Position numbers and translations under genes: made by a program. The notes below the pieces were generated by a model, which worked only from the letters and a program-made list of their open reading frames with translations, was not told the DNA's origin and searched no databases. From NCBI GenBank assembly GCA_048128005.1, contig JBEUKZ010000065.1:124001-188000 (forward strand): a stretch of 64,000 bases of DNA, written 5' to 3'. Below are positions 25,100-38,474 of the stretch, one piece after another. Position 1 is the first letter of the stretch. Each line of letters begins with the position of its first letter. This stretch comes from Veleropilina oligotropha. Its lineage: Eukaryota.

Positions 25100-27009
25100 T
25101 TCAAATAATAGAATGGATCCATGGCTTAAAAAGCTTATCATTCGAACAGAAACAATAAGTCGAGGAACCATCATCAACATTATTAAAGTGTGGTCATAAA
25201 TCTTGTCGATTCATATCAAATCAAATAACATATCTGTGAATGCACACCTGTCTGTGATATCATACAGTCGCATAAAATTATCAAAAGACTAAGCTATCTA
25301 GACATATATGTCACTTATTCCTAAATATAGATTCCAAATGCTGTTCATTTGTACATCACAGTAGGAGAAAATTCATGACGTTTCTGAGAGTATTATAAAT
25401 TCTAAACTTCTATCTATGTAGTGCCTTGGATGAATCTGGAGTGCTCTCCCTTTCATTTACTGTTATTGAAGCATGGCTTCCATATTAAATGTATAAAAGC
25501 ATGATAGGCAGAAAGTAAAATATCTCGACTGGCAATGTCAAAACACATCGTCATTGAAGGGCTTAAACTAAATTGTATCATTTTGATTGTCAGAGATATC
25601 ATCTACAAACACCTCGTAAAAGCATAAAGAAACTTGATCGACTCTCCACATGTAATACATTACAACAGGAAAATAATAAACGGGGATTACTTTTACATTT
25701 ACCATGTTGTATAATCAATTGTTGCGGTAACCTGTTCACTGCCTGACAAACTATTTATTTGGCTGCGATTTTCCACGCATTTCTGCCCCGACCCAGCTGT
25801 CAAGGCCACAATGGTAATTGGGTTGAAGAAGCCAATCTCATTTCCAACCAGACTACATGCTGACTGACACGCACTGTACACCAAACTATTTGACAGGGTG
25901 TCCAATGTTCCGAACTTTGGACTGTGAACAACCCACAAAAAAAAACTGAACACGTCTCCTCTCATTTAAACCAGGCTATTATATATCTTGACAAGCCACC
26001 ACCAGAGGTCTCTGCTATGATTAATACATCATTTATCATTTCTCTGATTGTGCCCATATACTGTTACAGGGTTTAGCTTTCATGTGGCACAACGGAAATC
26101 AAAACAGATTGCAATATGGTCACTTAACTTTACCGTACCGCCTCCCCCTGCTGAGAGTCAAAGGGGCAAGGTAAATCAAGTATCCTCACCCCCTACTGGG
26201 AAATCACTTGTAAATCAAGCAACCGTTCCAACAAAACATGAAACATTCATTAAAAGTTGTAATATGGTAAATCTCTTAATGATTTAACTGCAAATAATCT
26301 ACAACTGTAGGTAAAGTAGAATGGCAGGTTTTCATCAATTATTTAAGTCTTATTTTGACATTAATGCAATCACCGGTTAAGGAGTCTATGTCTTTCAATG
26401 GAGACACAGACTATTACAAATGTACCAGAATACCAATCTGATTATGAATTATCTTACTAAGAAATCAAACGAGTTTTCAGAGATAGGGGAATACAATTTA
26501 ATTTCGCTGGAAGATTCAAGATAACGTCCCACTTCTCTGATCCAAAATGGACAGACAACTTGCACATTGGACCTTGCAATCCACCCAGATGATCAAACAG
26601 CGGCACAAAGTTATATCTATCTAATCATTTATTTAATTCAATCAAATGTAAAAAAGTGCATTTTACAAAACGGCCGAAATCGTGATCAACAGTCTCATTT
26701 TAATATCATGTGTCATTGAAATCATTCATCAACAATGGGTATACCTGATGCGAGGATAGTGTGTCATGAAAGGTCCTGAAGGACGTGTTTCTGATTATGG
26801 TGGATACACACAGGACAGGTCGAATCTCGACTGGACATCGGGCTAGCACAACACAGTGGACAGTTTAATATGGAAAATGTGAACAATGAAAACATTGGAT
26901 TCAGAATCTGTGCTGCATACCGCAAACGACAAATGAGAAACAGGTGCAAGGAAGTGGGCGAGAGGACGGCACAATGCAACGCGGAGCGAGGGTGGATGTA
27001 GGCACTTAC

Positions 27010-27069
27010 ACATCGAACTGTTACACAAGACGGGGGAACGAAAACAGTTATATACAGGGATACTCAAAC
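27010..27069 (-). other. Candidate 60-nt symmetric exon
   Basis: CTTTTTCATGTACAG|GTTTGAG...TCGATGT|GTAAGT. Open in phase 1 (LSIPVYNCFRSPVLCNSSM); no homolog recognised. Confidence 0.2.
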
Positions 27070-28217
27070 CTGTACATGAAAAAGTTGGGCACTGGAAACA
27101 TTACACATATATCGATGCAATATCAATTCGATTCTATATGATACAAAAAATTCATCCCAACAAACACAGAAGACTTATGTGCTTTACACAGCAAGCAACG
27201 AACAATTATTAAATAAGGAACAAAATTAATGTAACCTAGTAATGAAGAAATTTATTGCACTACAATCTTCATTATATACAGTACAGCATTATTAACACAA
27301 GCAGCTGCGATTTGTATGGTCAGCATCCATGGTATATAATATGATTAAAAACATGGAAACAAAATAATTTTTATTGGTATTTACTGTAGGTTAGTGGCGA
27401 GTCACATCACAGCTAGTGATATACAGATCACTAGTCGATAAGCAGTGGGAGATATGATATATTTATCCCATCAAAATATAAATAATTCCTCTGCGTGTTT
27501 CAACACAGCATGATGCAAAGTGATCTACTAACAAGTTTAATAATATTGACTGAGTAAAGTTCAGACATATTTCTAACTTAGCATTTTGAAGATGAAAATA
27601 ACATTACCACGGTTTGCATCCTGTTGCTAATTTGTGATAAAAATACACAGATGAAACAAATCAACTTCAAGCCAATCGTAATTGCCAAAATAAATGTTTA
27701 GACAGAAAAAAACTCTCCCTAGCCACGGTTGCTTTCCATACAGATGAAGCTACTACGCCACTTCGGAATACTGTGAGCAATTCTTGATTATGGTGGAACA
27801 TTCTGAGGGAAAATGCCAAATGCCGCTTCATAGAGCCGATCTTGTGTGCTCACCATGGGCAGTCTCTCGTTGGAACTTGCCGGCTATTTCCACCAACTTA
27901 ATTACGGCTACCCTACCCTGGTGAGCTGGGTGTTGTTTACACATTCACGGCCAGCACAGGATTCTTAACATGGATGGTCTGATCTGGGTAAACAGCAGTC
28001 AGAACGTACAAAATAACCCGGGTGTAGTAACAATGTTAATTCTGAAAACAATCGGAGTCCAACTGTAATGACACTCGACGACGGAGGAGCCTGACAAGAT
28101 TCCTTCTCAATGTAATAACACACACGCCATTATCAAATAACGTCATTATGTTTATCGAACAGTAAGTCAGACATAATCTCCATAAGTAATAAATTATGAT
28201 AACCATAAGTATTAAAT

Positions 28218-28986
28218 ACAAGAGCCCATTAGAAAACGGATTCATCCCCCCGCCTTCCGCATTCACTCTGAAAAAAACTTTAACCAAAATTTCAATGTCC
28301 CAACACATCAAGTTTCTTCAATATTTATACAAAATAATATTCAATATCATTGCTAGAGTAAAAGTGGTATCAATATAAGAATAACAAAGAATATGTATGC
28401 AATAATGGAACAGAACGGAAATTCAATCAACTTTAACCAAAATTTTATGTCCACAAACACTAATTTCACATGTTATTTATATTATAAATCACTTGCAGAT
28501 GAGGGAGCAGCATCAATATAGTCAACACTAAAGTATATGGATGTAAAACAGTGCCTTAGAACAACCCATATGCCCATTGAAAAATTTAAACAAAACTTTA
28601 ACCAAAATTTTGATGTACTAAATTTAATTCAGCATCGCTTCCATAGTATCAGTTGACATTCATATTATCAATACCAAATTACACCAAAATGTAGTTTCAA
28701 CAACACATATACACTCAATGAAAAACTTTAACCAAAATTTCTATGTTCAAAAATACCTACATTTAAGCAATAATTAGATTAAATTTTATTCAATCTCACT
28801 TCCAGAGTACCAGGTGACATCCATATAATGCCTACAAAAGCATATATATGCCAAATAGTATCATGGGCAAGCTATATACACTCAATTCGAAACTTGAACC
28901 AAATTGTTTACGGACGGACATGGCAACAACAATATCCCCCACTACCTTTGGGCGGGGGGGGGGTGGGGGGTGGGGGGGGATAAAAA
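28218..28986 (+). mobile_element. HINE/pearl-like element family B, copy 2
   Basis: Starts ACAAGAGCCC, has internal repeats, a CGGA microsatellite and a terminal TATCCCCC...GGGGATA hairpin with an expanded G-run. Paralog of 10538-11618. Confidence 0.85.
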
Positions 28987-30427
28987 TCTACATTAAAGAG
29001 TTCACTATTTGAAAAATCTACCCGTACAAAGATGTTATGCTTACTATATCTGAACAAATTGTGTCTATTTAGTGAAGTTAGAGGTGCTTGCTTACTGTTC
29101 TTTGTACAGAACATTATGTAACTTTCAAATAAAAGCCTTCACCTTAAAAAGAATCGTGATCGACACACTTTTAAACGATAAACTAATTCAAAATCGATAC
29201 CGTTATATGCTTGATAAAGAAAGATGTCATCACGTTTTCAACTTAAACTTGTATCTTCAATGACATGTCTTTTATGGAATCAATGGAAATAGCATATAAC
29301 TACACTTGAAGCGTGGTGTTTTTACCTGCTGCAGTAGTTACCTCCCCTGCCTGCCATTATATCATTATGTATATACTTGTATCCTATCTATATGCAACGT
29401 CTTTTGTTATGAAGGCTCGAGAATGTGATTTATTCTAATATACATAGGTGTATCCTAACGTCTACATACATCAGAGGGGCAAGACTTTGTCTCGGAGCAC
29501 GCAGATGATTTAATGCAAATATGGCAGACAATGCAACAACAAATAGCTACCCGATGCCAATTTCACCGACAAAACTTTCATTTCTTTTAACAAAATGCAT
29601 TTCAACAATTCATAGAAACTTCGTAAAGCGCCGTGTTTGCTTAGTCTTGGTGACAGCTCTGAGCAAACGGCACCTTTGACTATCGCTCCGACTGAAATCT
29701 TTACTACCCCGCTAAGCTCCTGGCCCTCTGCGGGGCTAATCCCCCTCTCGCCCGATGTAGCACTCTCTCCGGCAGAGACGCGGAGAATGCCAATTCGGCC
29801 GGTCATAATGAAACGCTGTGTCCGATTACGGATCATTCTGCATGTCAGGTGGGACGAATCATACCCGCATATTGACTTAGCTGATTAATATCGCGGCCAA
29901 GAAAGAAATACATTATTAACAAGGCCACTTGCCTGTCATAAACTTCACAAAGTACACACCAAATTATTTTCTTTACAAAACTGCAGTCAATAAATATATT
30001 TGAAGTTTTTTTTCTACCAATTGCCGATATTTTACTAGTGTAACAAGCATGTGCCGGTTATAAATGTTAACTACATAATTATATCTGGTATTCAATGTGT
30101 ACAATTCCCATATGCATGGCATATCCTACACGACATAACGTACACAAGGGTATTATGGGACACATACATCATGTCAGATGCAGGGAAATAGTGGGCGATA
30201 AAGAGGGCATTGTAGTTCATTAACACCCTGATACAGATTCTGGTGTTGATACGCAGAATACTCCATCAGGCATGAAGTCTGACACCCATGGATATTCTCA
30301 TGGTTGTGGTAGGTGGAAAACAGAAGTGGAAACAGAATGAATTTGTCAAGGTTTGCCACATTACTTCAGGCTTTTGACTAGAATACCCCTCTCTGCAGGG
30401 ACAAGTGACATAACTTTTCACAGAAAA

Positions 30428-32498
30428 TTAAAACACACCCGCCGTGTTTTTCTTTTGTTTAAACTCTCCATTATTTTTCAGGAATGGAGCGTTATATTTC
30501 CTTTGTTAGGTGAACAATAGGGTGTGAAATCTGGAGCGGGTTGTATAGCCACGTCGCTGGACAGCAGTTACGTAATCGTCAGTAGGCCTAATCGCTATCA
30601 AGCACTGTTTCCATACAACCCGCTCCAGGTAACGTGCAGTAAATCCAGAATGAAACTAGAAAAGTATGTTCCTCGGAACATGGATGATGCCCCGGTATGG
30701 ATACAAATCTTCACACACAAATCATCATATGCACATGCAATCTCACGCACTTAATACTTCGACACAAATGAGCTAGTATATTTTGTCACTTGAAATTTGG
30801 TGTCATAGACATACATGATGTTAATATGTGAAACGTATCACAGTTTGAACATAAATAATCATTCTGTACTGAAATAAATATAAAGAAGATTAGTTGCAAA
30901 TTTTTTAGTTTTATCTATGTCGTACTATTACTATCCATCAATTAAATGTAAGAAAACCTTCAACTAAAAACTTTAACAGAATCTCTTTTTTCCTAAAAAT
31001 TCTATGTTCAAATACATCATTTTACAATATAAATTAAAATATATTTTTTGAAATTTGTTTCTTGAATGAAGGATTATGATGTGTATTATCCATATGAAAA
31101 GGTTTGGTACTGATAACCCTCCAATAAATGTAAGAAAAACTTTAACCAAAAACTTTAACCGAATCCCTTTTTTCATGAAAAAGTCTATGTTCAAATGCAT
31201 CATTTTACAATATAAATTAAAATTATTGTTATTAAATTTGGATCTTAAATGAATGATTATGATATGTATTATCCATATGAAACGGTTTGGTATTGATATC
31301 CATCCATTAAATGTAAGAAAACCTTCAACTAAAAACTTTAACCGAATCTCATTTTTCCTAAAATAATTCTATGTTCAAATACGTCATTTTACAAAATAAA
31401 ATAAAATATTTTTTTTTAAATATGGGTCTTACATGAAGGATAATGATGTGTATTATGCATATGAAAAGGTTTGGTATTGATATCTTTCAAATAAATGTAA
31501 GAAAAACTTTAACCAAAAACTTTTCATGAAAAAGTCTATGTCCAAATGCGTCATTGATTTTACACTATAAATTAAAATTATTTTTATTAAATTCGGGTCT
31601 TAAATGAAGGATTATGATATGTATTATCCATATGAAAAGGTTTGGTATTGATATTCCTCCAATAAATATAAGAAAAACTTTAACCAAAAACTTTAACCAA
31701 ATCTGCGGACGTACGTACGTACGGACGCAGTGAAAGCAATATGCCCTTCGGGACCACCGTCCCGGGGCATAATAAAACTAGATGGTCATTTCTCCGTTAA
31801 ACATCTGTTACGAAACGCACATTTAATAAATATCCGAAGTAATCGTATCGTCGTAAACACGTGGTAATTCCAGAATGCTGACATCCATCTGAAATGATAT
31901 CTCTGATAAACATTCACATTTATTTTCATATATTTCCATTGTGTCGTCGTAGACGCTTCTTATAGCGAACAGAAGGTGAAATACCATCCCGCAAACGGTA
32001 ATGTAACTCCAGAGTATTAAAATCCAGCTGAATTGACATTGAATTTGTATATTTAAAATCCCACGTATGGCTCATAAACTCCTGTTCGACGTCCTAATAG
32101 TAAATCCATATAAGCGATATTTCCACATCCAAACGCAATGCTGTCTGTGTTTCAACAGATTAAAACGTGCTCAAATGGAACAGATAGCTCCAATATTAGT
32201 GGTCAAATGACCACTATGATAGCACAAGTTCCTGTGCGAATCGTCCATTTCGGGTCAGATTTTACATGAATTATCCATGAAGGCGCAATTGACACGAAAT
32301 TAATTACGCTCCTCGTCATTGTTAACAACCTATTGTATCTTGAAAAGGCGCATAGTGGGTTTTTGGCTGTGTTTTTAAGTCGCGGAATGTCTTCGCAAAT
32401 CTCCATTCCTTAAAAAGAATGTGACTCTGCCCCTCCGGGGCCTCGTCTCCATTATTTTTAAGGAATGGAGAGTTGCTCGGACATTCCCCTCAACTTAA
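30428..32498. mobile_element. Possible Crypton-like non-autonomous element, interrupted by a HINE
   Basis: Long imperfect palindrome at 32375-32498. Its arm TCTCCATTATTTTT(A/C)AGGAATGGAG recurs at 30465-30489. No TSD seen; the superfamily assignment is inference. Confidence 0.4.
30653..31777 (+). mobile_element. HINE/pearl-like element family C
   Basis: AAACTAGA start, hairpin ATGTTCC-TC-GGAACAT followed by ATGCCCC, ~180-bp internal tandem cores, CGTA microsatellite and terminal hairpin ATGCCC..CGGGAC-CACC-GTCCCG..GGGCAT. Confidence 0.85.
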
Positions 32499-32760
32499 TG
32501 AAGCCGCTTTCTGTTGAGACAATGAAAAATTTAAAATATCTGTGGTAACTTTGTTCAGCATTCAAAGGTTAATCATGTACATGAAGCAGCTAATTGTTTA
32601 TAGTTGGTCGGTCAGCCTTACCATCATGTTCAATAAATTTTCAGTGCTATGTAGACAAAACTCGCTTCATGGCGAATCCCCTTCCCCCAATTAATGCATG
32701 ACCAAAATTTACAAAGAACATGATGGTATCATTATCTTAATCATTATTTATATCAAAATA

Positions 32761-34303
32761 AACAGTCAACATGTATCTTGTCTGTATGTACACAGAGCTC
32801 ATCATTAACAGTCAACATGTATCTTGTCTGTATGTACACAGAGCTCATCATTAACAGTCAACATGTATCTTGTCTGTATGTACACAGAGCTCATCATTAA
32901 CAGTCAACATGTATCTTGTCTGTATGTACACAGAGCTCATCATTAACAGTCAACATGTATCTTGTCTGTATGTACACAGAGCTCATCATTAACAGTCAAC
33001 ATGTATCTTGTCTGTATGTACACAGAGCTCATCATTAACAGTCAACATGTATCTTGTCTGTATGTACACAGAGCTCATCATTAACAGTCAACATGTATCT
33101 TGTCTGTATGTACACAGAGCTCATCATTAACAGTCAACATGTATCTTGCCTGTATGTACACAGAGCTCATCATTAACAGTCAACATGTATCTTGTCTGTA
33201 TGTACACAGAGCTCATCATTAACAGTCAACATGTATCTTGTCTGTATGTACACAGAGCTCATCATTAACAGTCAACATGTATCTTGTCTGTATGTACACA
33301 GAGCTCATCATTAACAGTCAACATGTATCTTGTCTGTATGTACACAGAGCTCATCATTAACAGTCAACATGTATCTTGTCTGTATGTACACAGAGCTCAT
33401 CATTAACAGTCAACATGTATCTTGTCTGTATGTACACAGAGCTCATCATTAACAGTCAACATGTATCTTGTGGCTCAGTGGGTTGCTCGCCGGACTCCGG
33501 TCACAGAGTCTCGAGTTCGCCCCCAAAGCTCGGCGATTTCACTTGGGCAAGGAAATAAGCATATATTTGCCTCGGTCCACCCAACCGATCTGAATGGGTA
33601 CCTGGTTGGCAGTTATGTTAGTCACGGCGCTACCCGCATGTAAATGACTGTAATGCTCCCAGAGGGAGTTGAGATGGCATATCGAGTGGAACAGGCCCAT
33701 AACCAGGGGTAATAATGTTCAGCGCATTGAGACACTAGCGTAATAATGCGCTATATAAGACCGGAGTATTATTATTATTATTATTATTATCATTAACAGT
33801 CAACATGTATCTTGTCTGTATGTACACAGAGCTCATCATTAACAGTCAACATGTATCTTGTCTGTATGTACACAGAGCTCATCATTAACAGTCAACATGT
33901 ATCTTGTCTGTATGTACACAGAGCTCATCATTAACAGTCAACATGTATCTTGTCTGTATGTACACAGAGCTCATCATTAACAGTCAACATGTATCTTGTC
34001 TGTATGTACACAGAGCTCATCATTAACAGTCAACATGTATCTTGTCTGTATGTACACAGAGCTCATCATTAACAGTCAACATGTATCTTGTCTGTATGTA
34101 CACAGAGCTCATCATTAACAGTCAACATGTATCTTGTCTGTATGTACACAGAGCTCATCATTAACAGTCAACATGTATCTTGTCTGTATGTACACAGAGC
34201 TCATCATTAACAGTCAACATGTATCTTGTCTGTATGTACACAGAGCTCATCATTAACAGTCAACATGTATCTTGTCTGTATGTACACAGAGCTCATCATT
34301 AAC
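32761..34303. repeat. Minisatellite, 46-bp unit, ~26 near-identical copies split by a SINE
   Basis: Unit CATTAACAGTCAACATGTATCTTGTCTGTATGTACACAGAGCTCAT; ~15 copies left and ~11 copies right of 33471-33790. Confidence 0.98.
33471..33790 (+). mobile_element. tRNA-derived SINE with CORE-like central domain and L2-type 3' tail (family 2)
   Basis: A-box TGGCTCAGTGG, degenerate B-box GAGTTCGCCCC, central TTGGGCAAGG...TTGCCTCGGTCCACCC...TGAATGGGTACC, 3' stem-loop AGCGCATT...AATGCGCT and (ATT)n tail. About 25 bp of the array unit is duplicated at the flanks. Confidence 0.9.
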
Positions 34304-34640
34304 CAATAGCTATGTATACATGACCGGACAAGGAGAAACCAGCCTCTAAAGCAGCAGGGGCTACGATTGTGCTCCTTCTGATAAGGGGGCAGCCTCATTT
34401 CAGATTTAGCATTGCCATGGTAACAGCCTGAAGGCCAGAGGTTGGCTTTGGTAGGGTCTTGTGAAGTAGACTTGTCTTTTATTAAGCCGTTTCCTATAGG
34501 AGGTCAGATCTGCAGGGCTTTATCAGCTGGGTGGGGACTCATTATCCAGAGAGAAGTCTATGCTTTATCGGCTCAAAATTACCAAGCTGTCTACAGTCTT
34601 AGCTGTCAGCGCAATGCACACAATAGCAGCAAGCCAAATG
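34300..34640. promoter_or_regulatory. Enhancer-like unique block (RFX X-box, GATA sites)
   Basis: GC-richer non-repetitive block with ATTGCCATGGTAAC (34411-34424), CTGATAAG and TTTATCA. Motif matches only. Confidence 0.25.
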
Positions 34641-34863
34641 ATATATTAATAATATATACAACCAAGAACAAGAGACTGCTAAAAATTGATAACAATATAT
34701 TTCTAGTTAATTTACTATGAATCTGGCCTGAGTGGGAATGTTTGATTTGAACATATTTATTCCCTCAAGGATGTTGTGGGATGATCTGCCCAATATTCTT
34801 ACAAAATTGTTCTAAATATCAACGAATTATGTTTACATGTGACCATTAATCAATTATAACAGT

Positions 34864-35034
34864 CGAACGTGTGCTATTGCCACGAACGTGTGCTATTGCC
34901 ACGAACGTGTGCTATTGCCACGAATGTGTGCTATTGCCACGAACGTGTGCTCTTGCCACGAACGTCTGCTCTTGCCACGAATGCGTGCTATTGCCACGAA
35001 CGTGTGCTATTGCCACGAACGTGTGCTATTGCCA
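34864..35034. repeat. Minisatellite, 19-bp unit, 9 copies
   Basis: Unit CGAACGTGTGCTATTGCCA. Confidence 0.97.
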
Positions 35035-35486
35035 TTGTTCTTAATACATTTATTATGTATACTAGTATTGCATATATGCAGCAGACCTGTCAACATTAGA
35101 AAATGCCAAAGATAGAGATTTTTTTGACGATAATGTATATATACATAAAATATATTATTATGCATGCGTGCGTGTGTATATATATAAATATATTTATCAT
35201 ATATCCGGGTCTTTTTAAATAGCACCAAAGTGTGTATTAAAAACGATATTACATACTGTTTAATAACTACTTTCAAATTTTGATTGATTTGATTGGATAA
35301 TTTAATCAATGAATCAAAATAACAGTCAATGGTAGAGTGTGTCACAAAAGATCATTTTCCATTGTGTAGGGCGGACTATTTTTTACTATTTGCTATTACC
35401 CGATCAGAAAAACATGGCCAATATGCCAAGGGAAAATACTGCAACTAATGACCAATATTTAGTTGAAACTAGCGAATCCTCGACCC

Positions 35487-36206
35487 AGCAAGTCAAGGGG
35501 ATGTATCCCCCTCGCACGGTAGCAAAAATCAATAGGCACCGTGTCCTCATCATACCAAACATGTATACCAAATTTGAAACAAATCGGACTAGAACTATTG
35601 ACTGTAGATCACGCACAAGCAATATCTTCAAATAAAATGGCTGCCACGACGGCCATCTTGGATCCAAATATAAAAGGAAAATGTTAGGCGGCGTGTCCTC
35701 ATCATAACTAACGTGCATATTAAATTTGAATCAAATCGGAAATTAACTTATCACTGTAGATCACGCACAATAAATCTCTTCAAATAGCGGCCATCTTGGA
35801 TCCAAAAACGACGAAAATCATTATCAAATCGGATAATAACTTTGCACAAGAAATCTAATCAACCAAAATGGCCACCAAGGCGGCCATCTTGGATCCGAAA
35901 ATGATGAAAATATTTAGGCGGCATGTCCTCATACCAAATATAAATCAAATCGGATAATAATTTTCATTGTAGAGCACGCACAAGAAATCTCTTCAAACAA
36001 AATGGCCACCATGGCGGCCATCTTGTATCCGAAAATGACAAAAATCTTTAGGCGGCGTGTACTCATCATAACGAACGCGCATACCAAATATGAATCAAAT
36101 AATAACTTTTCACTGTAGAGCGCACACAAGAAATTTCTGCGGCGGCGGCTGAACGATGCCTAAACCATACTATCACCGAAATGTTAAATTTCGGGGATAC
36201 AATAAT
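35487..36206 (+). mobile_element. HINE/pearl-like element family E, copy 1
   Basis: 5' hairpin GGGGAT-GT-ATCCCC, internal cores with AAAATGGC..GGCCATCTTG, GGC microsatellite, terminal hairpin CCGAAAT..ATTTCGG. Paralog at 44894-45562. Confidence 0.8.
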
Positions 36207-36872
36207 AGGTGCAGACATCCAGGTAAGATCGTTTACCTCCCGAAAGTTATAACATACAAAATTCAATGTACATGATAGAAGTTTGCAATTAGTTTCCGCT
36301 ATTCACAATATTAGATGTCCATTTCATTTCATTCATGGCCGCCATCTTAACGTCGATTCGAACTGATTTTAGATGGAAATTAACATATTAACGTTGTATT
36401 TTTATGAAATTAATATGTAAACGTGTTGATATTTGTTACCATATACAAAGCCATCAAATTTGTCAGGATTATGATGTTGTATATGTACATTGACGAAATA
36501 TAGTCTGCAACAAACGACACATACCTCGCTTCAAACCAGATGACGAAATCGACACCCAATCTTCACGCTTGTTTAATGTTATTTGAATCGAGCTTGTTGG
36601 AGTAGTATAATATTGAAATAAAAGCAACATTAGTTCTTTTCATAACCGCATTTGTTGCTCTTTATAGTTAATAAGAGTAGAAGAACAGAGTTATTTTGCA
36701 CACTCATTGGCACTTTAACATGACGTGAACAATCTATTTACAAATTTACCTTCTGCAATATTACTACGCCGCATAATTATGTCAGTAGTATTATGTTAGA
36801 ATGTGACAGCAAAATTAAAAACAACGTTGTACAGCTTGTTTCTTTATAAGTTTGAGATATATGATAAATAGA

Positions 36873-37015
36873 ATCTCACATTCGTGGTCATTTAATATCA
36901 CATTTATGAAACTCATTAACTAATTTTCATATTTTCCTCGATAAAACCTTGGAAAATATGAAAATTAGTTAACTCGTTTCATAAATGTGATATTAAATGG
37001 CCACTCATGTGAGAT
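36873..37015. mobile_element. Palindromic MITE (Crypton-like foldback)
   Basis: ~65-bp arms ATCTCACATTCGTGGTCATTTAATATCACATTTATGAAAC... / ...GTTTCATAAATGTGATATTAAATGGCCACTCATGTGAGAT. Confidence 0.75.
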
Positions 37016-37188
37016 CCTCTCTATATTATATATATATATCTTAATTATTATGATCTCTATGGGATCAACATTTGCTATGGTGGTCATTTAAAAATAAATT
37101 TTAAAAAATTTTATATATATTTTTCAGATTTTTTTACATTTTTTTTTTTCAATTCACAATGACAGGACCCTCCCGCCAGATACAGGAG

Positions 37189-37890
37189 CATTGACAGGTC
37201 TGATGCAGCTACAACATTGACAGGTCTGATGCAGCTACAAATAACAACATTGACAGGTCTGATGCAGCTACAACATTGACAGGTCTGATGCAGCTACAAC
37301 ATTGACAGGTCTGATGCAGCTACAAGTAACAACATTGACAGGTCTGATGCAGCTACAAGTAACAACATTGACAGGTCTGATGCAGCTACAACATTGACAG
37401 GTCTGATGCAGCTACAACATTGACAGGTCTGATGCAGCTACAAGTAACAACATTGACAGGTCTGATGCAGCTACAAGTAACAACATTGACAGGTCTGATG
37501 CAGCTACAAGTAACAACATTGACAGGTCTGATGCAGCTACAAGTAACAACATTGACAGGTCTGATGCAGCTACAACATTGACAGGTCTGATGCAGCTACA
37601 AGTAACAACATTGACAGGTCTGATGCAGCTACAACATTGACAGGTCTGATGCAGCTACAAGTAACAACATTGACAGGTCTGATGCAGCTACAACATTGAC
37701 AGGTCTGATGCAGCTACAAGTAACAACATTGACAGGTCTGATGCCGCTACAACATTGACAGGTCTGATGCAGCTACAGCATTGACAGGTCTGATGCAGCT
37801 ACAGGATTGACAGGTCTGATGCAGCTACAGCATTGACAGGTCTGATGCAGCTACAACATTGACAGGTCTGATGCAGTTACAACGTTGACA
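37189..37890. repeat. Minisatellite with mixed 26-bp and 33-bp units, ~24 copies
   Basis: Core CATTGACAGGTCTGATGCAGCTACAA with an optional GTAACAA. Confidence 0.97.
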
Positions 37891-38211
37891 TAATTATAAA
37901 TCCGGTCATATCTGAAGTAAGATGAATTTTAATTGGATACAATTCATCTGCTGGCCATGGTTGTTTCGTCAGCAGCTTCTCATGCCCTGTCTTACAGAAT
38001 ATCTCCCTTAATTTAGTGAAAGAATGATCAACAGTGATAACGATGAACCTCATAATATTTGTGTTTGAAGTGTTGCAAGCTATTCAGCATTTTACATCAA
38101 TACATCAATTGAAAACACACAAAAATTCACATCACACCATCCAAGCCAATTCAAATTGTCCTTCGTCCTATGTTATCAAGTACCACACCAGTGTCTAAAT
38201 ATTGGATTGGA

Positions 38212-38474
38212 GGAGGGAAGAATGATGCTTAATGTCCTGTATATTTACAACATCGAGGTTCAAGGCAGGACATGTCCGTGTTATCGCGTGTTATCGCGGG
38301 GTTTCTGCCCGGGTAAACCCGCCCACTTCGGCCAGTCGCGGACAACTGTGATTCATAACTTGAACAAATGCCAATGCCTCAGCCAGGTATTGATACCACT
38401 ACTGTTCGCATTAGCGGAATCAAGCCAGTGAATTTAGAGTGGACACTCTTACCCACTGCGCTGCCGAAGCGGCC
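38212..38474 (-). mobile_element. tRNA-derived SINE (family 1, copy B)
   Basis: Collinear with 4758-5022; 12-bp TSD TATTGGATTGGA (38200-38211, 38475-38486). Confidence 0.9.

Noticed and set aside
13343..27932. Exact 13-mer GGTGAGCTGGGTG at two sites
   Set aside because: Many 13-mer matches are expected by chance in this length of sequence.
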